From a virus (taxonomy: Duplodnaviria > Caudoviricetes), in IMG/VR virus record IMGVR_UViG_3300030372_004077, positions 1 to 40,658 of that record: DNA of 40,658 bases; one strand, written 5' to 3'. This document shows, one piece after another, positions 19,786 through 27,077 of this stretch. The translations under genes and the position numbers were made by a program. The notes beneath the pieces are model-generated. The model did no database searches. It was given only the letters and a program-made list of their open reading frames with translations, and was not told the DNA's origin. Positions within the stretch are counted from its first letter, which is position 1. Every line of letters begins with the position of its first letter.

Positions 19786-21183
19786 TTAGTATCCTTGGTA
19801 TGGGTCAAACGCAAACAACGGGCCTACTGCTGGAAGCTCTTGGCCAAGCTCTCTATAAAGCCTAGCCTCTCTATCCGCTAAAACTTCTTTTATCTGACGG
19901 CCTGCTCTAGCTGGCATTTTCTTGGCGTCTGCTTCTCTGGAGAACCTTTCAAAGTCTTCACGAAAAGCGGGACTGTTGGCCATTGACTCGTCAAAATCCT
20001 TAAAAGCAGAATCAGGAATTTGCCCCGCAAGCTCATTATAGTAAATTGAAGGTGTTGGTATTTTAGCCCCAGCCTGTCTAACTGCCATGCGCTGCTCTCC
20101 GCTTGGGTCCATGTATCTTGTGTCCCCTTCGCCGAAAGTCTCGTCATAAGCTTCTCCCGCGACTCCACCTGCTAATGTTCCTGAAATAGATCCTGGACCA
20201 GAAAGCCCTTCACCCATCATTTGCAAATTTCTAGCATTTACTAGCCTGTTTATGGCTGCTTGTCGATTTAAATTCAAATCCGCTAAAACAGGATCACTGT
20301 GTGCGCCCCTTGCAGTTCCTGTTTGGTAAAGCTTTCTATCATAAGCAGGGCTGACTCTTCGCTTAAAGGGAGACCTTGCTCTTACTTCCATCATTCGCCT
20401 GTCTGCAAAGTCTGCCCCAGACTGGTACGGCGTAAAACTTTCTTCGTCCGGCCCTCGAACATTGCCAGTCCTTTTTGTTATTTCAGGAGCCAGTCTTTCA
20501 TCTCGCATGGTGCTGTGCCGGAATGTGTTTGGCCCACTATCACGATTAATTCTCGACTCTTTTGGAACCATCATCAGCCTCTCTCGGCTAACTTCTTTGG
20601 CCATTCTCTTATCTGGAAACTCACCCCTATAGCTTGTTGGGCGATAAGGCTCATCAGAAAATTGAACAAACTTCCTTGGATTAACATAAGAAGGATCGTA
20701 GGCCACTTTATCCCCAGCCATCGCCCTTCTATACAAATCCGCAGCATCGCTTGCAGCTTTTTGCTTTTGCGGAACCCCAGATGCAGCAGAAAGGCCTGTG
20801 CCTGCTCCAAAGGGTAGCGATCCTCCAAACATAGCTCCAATTAAGGCAGGGTCCATGCCCCTTTCATCTGAAAATGAAACCCCTTCGGGCACATTTGGAG
20901 CCATAGGATTTCTGTTTTCAAATGTTGGGACAAAGTCTCCGTACCCCCCACCATCATAACGAACTCCCTTTAACTCTCTTCCAGGGTTTGTTGGCACTGT
21001 AGTTGGAAGAATAACAGGTACGCCGGGGTTATCTGCCGCGATGGCAAAGCCTGGGTTCCTGTTAGAAAGACCAAAAACTGTTGGGTCTACAAAAGTAGGG
21101 ACTATTGGAAGCTCTCCGTATGCATCGATTAAGTCTGCTTCGGGATCATAAGCTCCAAACCTAGGGGTATTGCCTTCTGCCAT
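19786..21183 (-). CDS. Hypothetical protein (465 aa) between terL and portal
   Basis: Long ORF with GAGG upstream; P/G/R/D-rich; no recognised domain. Confidence 0.8.
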   Translation of the reverse strand: MAEGNTPRFGAYDPEADLIDAYGELPIVPTFVDPTVFGLSNRNPGFAIAADNPGVPVILPTTVPTNPGRELKGVRYDGGGYGDFVPTFENRNPMAPNVPEGVSFSDERGMDPALIGAMFGGSLPFGAGTGLSAASGVPQKQKAASDAADLYRRAMAGDKVAYDPSYVNPRKFVQFSDEPYRPTSYRGEFPDKRMAKEVSRERLMMVPKESRINRDSGPNTFRHSTMRDERLAPEITKRTGNVRGPDEESFTPYQSGADFADRRMMEVRARSPFKRRVSPAYDRKLYQTGTARGAHSDPVLADLNLNRQAAINRLVNARNLQMMGEGLSGPGSISGTLAGGVAGEAYDETFGEGDTRYMDPSGEQRMAVRQAGAKIPTPSIYYNELAGQIPDSAFKDFDESMANSPAFREDFERFSREADAKKMPARAGRQIKEVLADREARLYRELGQELPAVGPLFAFDPYQGY

Positions 21184-21186
21184 AAC

Positions 21187-23274
21187 CTACCTCTGTATCC
21201 AAAAATTTAACATTGCATTAGAATTATAATTTTTATTTCTCTTATTATTCGCCTTAACGGTCGCCCTTAAGTCATCAAATGTCAAGACTTTAGGTTGAGC
21301 CATTGGTATCTCCTTTCTGCATTTTAAACAGACACCTCCCGCTACTACAGCGTGTTGACACTCTGGCTCTTTTTCTTCTGGGGGCTGATAAAGCGTAGAC
21401 CCCATGTATGGCAACTGACGACTGGCGTATATACCTAGCATTAAACAGGTTACCTCATCATCATGATATCTTTCACCTGTCACAGGGTCTGTACCATCCA
21501 TAGCCTCTGGCAACATCCTCGAGCTTTTCTTAACAAAAACTTCTAGCTCTCTTAACGTGTTCGGGTTTTTAACAACACACATTCCTTTTTTAAAAAATGC
21601 AGTAGCTGCACTAACTGCCTCTGATTTACTTCGGCCAGTCATCCTCCAACCTAAGTATTTTGTTGGAGCTTCGTTCTGGATGTTGTCTGTATTCTTACGT
21701 CTAAAGATTCGATGAAGCGGGTAACACGACCGGAACAGGGCTAATGCTGCGGCTCCACATGAGTTAACCTCCGGTATCTGCCAAGCCATGTTATAATACG
21801 CCCCAAGGGCAATGGCTTCAGAGGCAGACTCTTCTGGGTAGCACTTCTCTCTAAAGTGGGCTACCTGAGTTAAAACATCTCCCCTTTTATAAACATGGAT
21901 AACATTATAATCGCACTGGGCGCTTTGTCCTTCAGCGTAATCTGATGAAACAATGTACTCTTCTCCAGGTATAGGGTCTTCGTATATCCTTATCGGTCCA
22001 AAGCTCTCAGGAACAAACTTAAACATATCAGGCGTTACCTCATGTTTAGTTTTGCTAACCTGGCTCATCATAGCTTCTGGGTCTGGCTCTATAGCCTTCC
22101 TGCCATCCCTGGTTATTAGCTCACCCCTTACCGCCTTAGGTTCGTCTTTAATTCTTTCCGCTTGAGAGGCAACCTGACCCATATCAAAGATGGTGAGCGT
22201 AGAAGACATAAAGGCTTCACGCCAATGAGTGGGGTACTGGTTTTTAAATACCTTGGACTTACCGTCACAACGGTCCTGAATAGCCCAGCGTCTCCAGTCA
22301 ATCCAACCCATAGGATGAAGCTTTTGAGAATCAGGTTCTTTATTCCACCTGGGAACAATATGTGTTTTTAATAAATCAAACTCATCGTCATCCAGGTTTA
22401 ACAAAGACGAATACTTCTCTAGCCCAGTACTGTCTTTTCTCGAGAAACATTGAAGCCAGTCATAAAATAGGCCTTGGTTTTCTTTAGTAGGCTCTTGCCA
22501 GCACTGCTGCTCATCATCAAGCCACGATATAAACACAGGCTCAAACTCAGAACGACCAGCAACAGCCTCTTCCCATAAACGAGAATAAGAGTCACCACGG
22601 CTCTCAGCAGTTGTATCGATAACAATTGCACCTGTATTCTTCCTAACAGTAGGAAACATCTCTTTAATAATTGTGCTTTGATTACGGTACTTTGCAAACT
22701 CTGAGAGCAAAAGGTACTGAATAGTAGCACCCGTTCTTGCTAAAGGAGTTCTTTCTGTGAAGATAGATATGGTTGAGTTAAGACCGCTGTTTGGTTTAAC
22801 ACCACCTCTTTCCCAATTAAGAAGTTCTTCTTGGGGGATATCCCTTCTAAACTCCATAGGCTCTTTGAACGACCTGGAGTTACCCCAGCGCTCTGCTCTT
22901 AACGTAGACGGGTAGTTGTTATAGAATATATGGTTTCGTCTGTGTATCTCAGCAGCCATGTCATCTAGCTGCGCTCCAATAACTACGTTTGTGTTTTCTG
23001 TTAAGGACGCTTGCCTAAATGCATCCATACAAAAGAACGTAGTGGAGCCAATACGTCTGGCCTTGCAAACAACAATACGAAGAAAGCCCCTGCTAAACCA
23101 TTGCCTGTTGACAGCTTCAGCAAGTCTTTGTTGGACTCTTCTTAATTTAACTCTGGCAATTGGCCCATCTTCTGGGGCGATGTGAAGTGGGGCTATGTCG
23201 TTTTCAGCAAAGAACGATATGTCAGAAAGGCAGTCTTGCCTAAACTTCTTAACATGTTCACTCTTTACTTCCAT
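21187..23274 (-). CDS. terL: Terminase large subunit (695 aa)
   Basis: LRRVQ Q-motif, Walker A KARRIGSTT, Walker B LLLSE, coupling motif DTTA, RNase H-like SSDYAEG...CDY and HDDEV. Confidence 0.93.
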   Translation of the reverse strand: MEVKSEHVKKFRQDCLSDISFFAENDIAPLHIAPEDGPIARVKLRRVQQRLAEAVNRQWFSRGFLRIVVCKARRIGSTTFFCMDAFRQASLTENTNVVIGAQLDDMAAEIHRRNHIFYNNYPSTLRAERWGNSRSFKEPMEFRRDIPQEELLNWERGGVKPNSGLNSTISIFTERTPLARTGATIQYLLLSEFAKYRNQSTIIKEMFPTVRKNTGAIVIDTTAESRGDSYSRLWEEAVAGRSEFEPVFISWLDDEQQCWQEPTKENQGLFYDWLQCFSRKDSTGLEKYSSLLNLDDDEFDLLKTHIVPRWNKEPDSQKLHPMGWIDWRRWAIQDRCDGKSKVFKNQYPTHWREAFMSSTLTIFDMGQVASQAERIKDEPKAVRGELITRDGRKAIEPDPEAMMSQVSKTKHEVTPDMFKFVPESFGPIRIYEDPIPGEEYIVSSDYAEGQSAQCDYNVIHVYKRGDVLTQVAHFREKCYPEESASEAIALGAYYNMAWQIPEVNSCGAAALALFRSCYPLHRIFRRKNTDNIQNEAPTKYLGWRMTGRSKSEAVSAATAFFKKGMCVVKNPNTLRELEVFVKKSSRMLPEAMDGTDPVTGERYHDDEVTCLMLGIYASRQLPYMGSTLYQPPEEKEPECQHAVVAGGVCLKCRKEIPMAQPKVLTFDDLRATVKANNKRNKNYNSNAMLNFWIQR

Positions 23275-23635
23275 ACATCTTCTCCAAAGCTGAAGGTAGG
23301 GACGTGTCCTCTTCTTTGCTCACAACCGAAGGTCCGATCATTTTATGTATTGGCTCTGAACAAACAAGACGACAAGCGTCCCTGAATCCATCTTTAAACT
23401 GTTTTGATGCCATAAGTCTATCTTTTGGTGATAAACTATCATCTGACATTATCTCAGCTTCTACCTTGGCAGCAGCAAAAGTGGCAGCCACAACCGCTCT
23501 CACAGACACGCCATGGTCTCGCTCAGCTTCCCATGCAAGCCCAGCAAACATAGCGTCTACTGTAGACTGAGGCAGGTTGCCAAGCTCAATTCCCAGAGTT
23601 ACCTTCTCAAGCTTATCGTTTTTCTTTTTAGACAT
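23258..23635 (-). CDS. Putative terminase small subunit (125 aa)
   Basis: Small helical protein overlapping the terL start; positional inference only. Confidence 0.5.
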   Translation of the reverse strand: MSKKKNDKLEKVTLGIELGNLPQSTVDAMFAGLAWEAERDHGVSVRAVVAATFAAAKVEAEIMSDDSLSPKDRLMASKQFKDGFRDACRLVCSEPIHKMIGPSVVSKEEDTSLPSALEKMYGSKE

Positions 23636-24078
23636 TAAGCCTCTAGCTCAATACTTAAAACAAATACAGTGACATCTGTGTCTGTAGTTGCATCTACTGC
23701 GGTGTAGTTGGGAGCGCCAAGGGTGTTGCTGTAGGTTAATATCGTGCTGCCATGAGAAGCAGAGCCAGAGCGGTCTCGCATAGAAACAAACATGCTTGTG
23801 TTAAAGTTTGCTACGCTAGATCCATTAACCGCCGTTACCAACACAGGATTTGAAAAAATAATAACAGCCGCGCTCTCACTGGCGCTAGCACGATCAATTG
23901 TCTGCCCTGTCTCTCCAGCGAGAACAGCAAATGTACGCGCATTAAAAGATTTTACCTTTAAGTTCTCAAACTTACGCAAGTCCTCAGGCAAACGGTAGCT
24001 AGTGTTGGTTCCGCTTTTATTGCTTATGGTTAAAGACAATGCAGCATTTAAATAATCCTGAACTAAAGATAAAGCCAT
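23635..24078 (-). CDS. Hypothetical beta-rich protein, first gene of the late arm (147 aa)
   Basis: AGGAGG RBS upstream; S/T/A/V-rich composition like small virion proteins. Confidence 0.75.
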   Translation of the reverse strand: MALSLVQDYLNAALSLTISNKSGTNTSYRLPEDLRKFENLKVKSFNARTFAVLAGETGQTIDRASASESAAVIIFSNPVLVTAVNGSSVANFNTSMFVSMRDRSGSASHGSTILTYSNTLGAPNYTAVDATTDTDVTVFVLSIELEA

Positions 24079-24185
24079 TGCACCCTCCTGGTACGGGATC
24101 CCTCACGAATCCACTCACAAACACGTATAACACAATTAAACAAAAAACACCCCCTGCAATTATGTCGGGAGATTTCTTTTAAACT

Positions 24186-24201
24186 TGGCACAGCGTTTGC
24201 A
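24186..24201 (+). promoter_or_regulatory. sigma54 (-24/-12) promoter motif 1
   Basis: TGGCAC-AGCGT-TTGCA, an exact match to TGGCAC-N5-TTGCW. Confidence 0.75.
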
Positions 24202-24300
24202 ATTTATAATAGTTATATATTAATAATATAATACTAGGTTTATTATATTATTATTAATACGATAACTAGTGATTAATATATTAATAAATCCATATATGCA
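24202..24300. other. Very AT-rich tract (candidate unwinding element/origin)
   Basis: About 100 bp composed mostly of A/T (aatttataatagttatatattaataatataat...). Confidence 0.5.
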
Positions 24301-24336
24301 CTACCCTCGAAAATAATAACCAAGGAATACCATGAA

Positions 24337-24349
24337 TAACAACAACTTA
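24337..24349 (+). promoter_or_regulatory. IHF-like site
   Basis: TAACAA-CAAC-TTA, one mismatch to WATCAA-N4-TTR. Confidence 0.4.
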
Positions 24350-24494
24350 CGCATTGTCTGGCCTGAATCATGGGTTAACAAGGGTTCTTTGGGGAAGGGG
24401 AATAGGGGAGTCAAGTATATCGAGGGGGTACCCCTAGGCATTTGGTGTCACCCTTACCCTCGCATATAGTAACTCTGCAGAGAGTTACGGATTC

Positions 24495-24547
24495 ACGTAT
24501 GGTACCATATATGGTCACTCTGAAACGTATGGTACCATATATGGTCA
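24495..24547. repeat. Two exact 23-bp direct repeats with nested palindromes
   Basis: ACGTATGGTACCATATATGGTCA at 24495-24517 and 24525-24547. Confidence 0.95.
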
Positions 24548-24735
24548 TTTATTACAGGGACCCTAAGACCCCGTGATAAACGCAACACTGGAAGCCGTAG
24601 GCCATGAGGTTAACGGAATGCCCCTTTAAACGCCCTTGTGGGTTATAGGTATACTTACCCCTTCCAAACCCCTTTACGCGCACGCGCACGCGTAGCCAAG
24701 CCCCTTGCCCGTTTTGTCACTTTGGTCAATTATTG

Positions 24736-24828
24736 GTGACAATTTGCGCACCGATGCACTGCGGTCCAATTGTGCAGTATATCGCCCATATTGGCCAATT
24801 CACCTGTGACAATTTGCGCACCCATGCA
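24736..24828. repeat. Two 23-bp direct repeats (22/23 identical), candidate activator/operator sites
   Basis: GTGACAATTTGCGCACC(G/C)ATGCA at 24736-24758 and 24806-24828. Confidence 0.9.
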
Positions 24829-24840
24829 ATAGTGATGCCA
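24825..24840 (-). promoter_or_regulatory. sigma54 (-24/-12) promoter motif 2, facing the late arm
   Basis: Minus strand reads TGGCAT-CACTA-TTGCA. Confidence 0.7.
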
Positions 24841-24901
24841 GTGCCCACTTGTCCCGAATAGCTGCCGAAACGGCCAATTGACACAACAAAAACCCCAATG
24901 A

Positions 24902-24914
24902 TATCAGTGACTTA
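24902..24914 (+). promoter_or_regulatory. IHF-like site upstream of the early sigma54 promoter
   Basis: TATCAG-TGAC-TTA, one mismatch to WATCAA-N4-TTR, with an A-tract upstream; lies between the repeats and the promoter. Confidence 0.55.
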
Positions 24915-24964
24915 CAACAATCGTTCATCCAGGTCTCCATTATTCTCACCTATTTGGTAAAAGT

Positions 24965-24980
24965 TGGCATTGGCATTGCA
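24965..24980 (+). promoter_or_regulatory. sigma54 (-24/-12) promoter motif 3, driving the early arm
   Basis: TGGCAT-TGGCA-TTGCA; predicted +1 near 24991, just before a 5' hairpin and the first early gene. Confidence 0.75.
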
Positions 24981-24997
24981 ATACTACAGAATTGAAA

Positions 24998-25028
24998 GGC
25001 GGGGAAACCTGCCACGTTCTTTGAAAAC
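24998..25028 (+). promoter_or_regulatory. boxB-like GNRA hairpin plus rrn-type boxA (nut-like site)
   Basis: GGCGGG-GAAA-CCTGCC (24998-25013) followed by GTTCTTTGAAAAC (25016-25028). Confidence 0.55.
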
Positions 25029-25458
25029 TAGACAGCGCGTAACGATAGGGACCTATATAGGAGGCTATCATGAAAGAAAAGAAGACACGCAACGCACGAC
25101 GCAAAGCGGCCCAACGGCTCCGTAAGGAATGGAAAGGTAACGATGCTCCGAGTGTTGCAACACTAAAGAAAAGGAAGAAGGCAACCCAATGGGTGGGGCT
25201 TCAAGATGTGATGCGCGTGGTGTTTGTTCCTGAGTGCAAGAAAACCGTTGCCAATGGTCGCGGGTTTCATCATAAGCACAAACACCACAACACATCGTCG
25301 CACGTAGAGCTTGCACGATACGAACGAGAAACCAACAGGATTGCGGACCGTATCGAATACGCATCGGAACCAGTGAAGAAGAGAGAACAATTCAGGACGG
25401 GCCTTGTAGTTTACAAGAGAGACCGTCGAACCTTTTAACCTGTTACGCGCTGTCTAGT
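25027..25458. repeat. Perfect 17-bp inverted repeat enclosing the first early gene
   Basis: ACTAGACAGCGCGTAAC (25027-25043) and GTTACGCGCTGTCTAGT (25442-25458), then A and T9 (25460-25468). Confidence 0.95.
25070..25438 (+). CDS. Basic protein with N-terminal arginine-rich motif; candidate antiterminator/RNA-binding protein (122 aa)
   Basis: AGGAGG RBS; TRNARRKAAQRLRKEWKGN resembles the lambda N ARM; central His-rich HHKHKHH. Confidence 0.6.
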   Translation: MKEKKTRNARRKAAQRLRKEWKGNDAPSVATLKKRKKATQWVGLQDVMRVVFVPECKKTVANGRGFHHKHKHHNTSSHVELARYERETNRIADRIEYASEPVKKREQFRTGLVVYKRDRRTF

Positions 25459-25543
25459 ATTTTTTTTTGTTTCATCTCGTCGCCTGTCCTTTCCTATGAG
25501 GGGGGGAGGGGCTACGGGATGTGACTGAAAAAGGAGGTGTTAC

Positions 25544-25591
25544 ATGTACTCAGTACCTGAGGATATTTGGAGAAAGGCTGGGGGTGAATGA
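25544..25591 (+). CDS. 15-aa mini-ORF MYSVPEDIWRKAGGE
   Basis: AAGGAGGTG RBS; stop overlaps the next ATG (ATGA). Confidence 0.5.
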   Translation: MYSVPEDIWRKAGGE

Positions 25592-25794
25592 TGAGATTCA
25601 TAACCAAAGGAAGGCCGTTACCGCCAGCCCCTGAAGGGACTAGGTGGGGCCTGATAAAGGTCAGTGAAGAGGTGATAGTCTCTCACAAGGGTGACCCGTT
25701 CGGAGACAACCCGGAACCGTTTTACGGGAAGACGGTTATGATGAAGAAGGGAACCATCGCACGTTGGGTGTGGGTTCTGAAGGAGGTGAGGTGA
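25588..25794 (+). CDS. Small early hypothetical protein (68 aa)
   Basis: GGGGGTG RBS; coupled to neighbours. Confidence 0.7.
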   Translation: MMRFITKGRPLPPAPEGTRWGLIKVSEEVIVSHKGDPFGDNPEPFYGKTVMMKKGTIARWVWVLKEVR

Positions 25795-26009
25795 TGGAGT
25801 TTATGTCGAGCAGGGCGAGACACCTTTCAGTCCTAGGGCAAAACTTGAAGTTTCGTTCCATTCGAGAACACGCCAAGTACTGCGAGGAAGCGATTGCTGA
25901 GCAATACGAGCAAATCAAGTTCCTTGAGAACGAGCTTGAAATACTGAAACGAAGGGTCTTTATGAAAGACCTTAAGTTGGCCAGCCTTTACATGAAGGAG
26001 GTAGAGTGA
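25794..26009 (+). CDS. Small early coiled-coil protein (71 aa from ATG 25794)
   Basis: GAGGTG RBS; TGATG overlap with the upstream gene. Confidence 0.7.
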   Translation: MEFMSSRARHLSVLGQNLKFRSIREHAKYCEEAIAEQYEQIKFLENELEILKRRVFMKDLKLASLYMKEVE

Positions 26010-26155
26010 TGACCCAGGACAAGTTCAAGAGGAACATCAAGGGTTACCGCAAAGGGGGCAAGGCCTGTCCCTGCTGCATGGAAACAACGAAGAAGGAGTC
26101 GCGACGATTGGCACGGCGCCGATTGAAGCAATCCGACAGGAAGGAGATGAGGTGA
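26009..26155 (+). CDS. 48-aa basic protein with CPCC motif (not in ORF track)
   Basis: MTQDKFKRNIKGYRKGGKACPCCMETTKKESRRLARRRLKQSDRKEMR; GGAGGT RBS; TGATG overlaps at both ends. Confidence 0.7.
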   Translation: MTQDKFKRNIKGYRKGGKACPCCMETTKKESRRLARRRLKQSDRKEMR

Positions 26156-26352
26156 TGACGCTATTTGAAACGACCGAGAGCAAAGCAAAAGAAATATTGC
26201 GAGCACAGTTTGCCAAGCGAAAGGCACCCAAAACTCACAAGGTTTGTTGGGACCATGCATGCTATGTGCAGGATGCGCGGGAACGACACCGAGTGTACCG
26301 AGAAATGTTAACGGAGCATGGACTCCCATTTAAAAGACCATTGCATAAATAA
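26152..26352 (+). CDS. Small early hypothetical protein (~66 aa)
   Basis: AAGGAG RBS; HKVCWDHAC possible metal site. Confidence 0.7.
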   Translation: MMTLFETTESKAKEILRAQFAKRKAPKTHKVCWDHACYVQDARERHRVYREMLTEHGLPFKRPLHK

Positions 26353-26395
26353 TTAGCGGAGAGTTGAGTGATGGAAGAGGTGGCAAGGAGGTAGG

Positions 26396-26659
26396 TTGAT
26401 GGCCATTATCGGCAAAACATATACCTATGAGGTGAGCACTAGGGACAAGGCAATCGAGATTGTAGCTGAGTACCTTAAGAAGTACGGCCATTCACTAGGC
26501 TCAAGGATTGACTATTCAGTGGAGGATTTATCGGACGACGTGGAGCAAGTAACCTTGGGTGTGGTCCTGAAGATAACGCCACCTAGACTGATGACGCAGA
26601 GGGGACTGGAGCAGGTGGTCTTTTCTCTGAGGGATGCGACCTGCCTATGGAGTGAGTGA
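26396..26659 (+). CDS. Small early hypothetical protein (~87 aa)
   Basis: AAGGAGGT RBS; coupled to the next gene. Confidence 0.7.
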   Translation: MMAIIGKTYTYEVSTRDKAIEIVAEYLKKYGHSLGSRIDYSVEDLSDDVEQVTLGVVLKITPPRLMTQRGLEQVVFSLRDATCLWSE

Positions 26660-26844
26660 TGCTTATGGATGATGACATTGATTTTGAATTACTTGAGCAA
26701 GTAATGATGGACGGTTACGTGGATGTGGACTGCACTGCGGAGTGCGGGTACTCGGCAAGGATTGAGCCGGATGCTGACTACCCGTGCCATGAGTGCAAGG
26801 AAGGTCGTCTGGTTTCTCCAATGGTGAAGGCTGGAATCATTTAA
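26656..26844 (+). CDS. Small zinc-ribbon protein (~62 aa)
   Basis: CTAEC...CHEC cysteine pairs. Confidence 0.7.
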   Translation: MMLMDDDIDFELLEQVMMDGYVDVDCTAECGYSARIEPDADYPCHECKEGRLVSPMVKAGII

Positions 26845-26852
26845 GGGGGTGA

Positions 26853-27077
26853 GTGATGAGCAAAGAAACCAAAAAGTACAAGGTTTATGTGACATGGACA
26901 GTAGGCGCTGAAGCGGTAATAGATGCCGAGAGTGAAGAAGAAGCGGTAGATTTAGCGCATGGCATGGACTTGGATACATTCGACGGCCAAGACTATGTGT
27001 CGAACTCTTTCGAGGTGGACCACAACATGACTGAGGAGGTAAGTAATGCACCAAGTGAGGAGGAAAACCATCAGTAA
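26853..27077 (+). CDS. Small acidic protein, DpnD/PcfM-like pattern (~74 aa)
   Basis: KKYKVYV...VIDAESEEEAVDLA pattern. Confidence 0.6.
   Translation: MMSKETKKYKVYVTWTVGAEAVIDAESEEEAVDLAHGMDLDTFDGQDYVSNSFEVDHNMTEEVSNAPSEEENHQ

Noticed and set aside
24079-24180. sigma70 promoter for the late arm
   Set aside because: TTGCAG and TATACG-like hexamers exist on the minus strand but spacing and match are poor.
24495-24547. Direct repeats as a mini-CRISPR array
   Set aside because: Only two copies with a 7-bp gap; no spacer-length sequence and no cas genes (the Cas4-like nuclease is an ordinary phage exonuclease by context).
24677-24692. CGCGCACGCGCACGCG microrepeat
   Set aside because: Too short to assign a function.
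25027-25458. Retron a1/a2 arms, IS/MITE ends or tmRNA
   Set aside because: No reverse transcriptase, transposase or invertase recognised; no target-site duplication; no tRNA-like ends.
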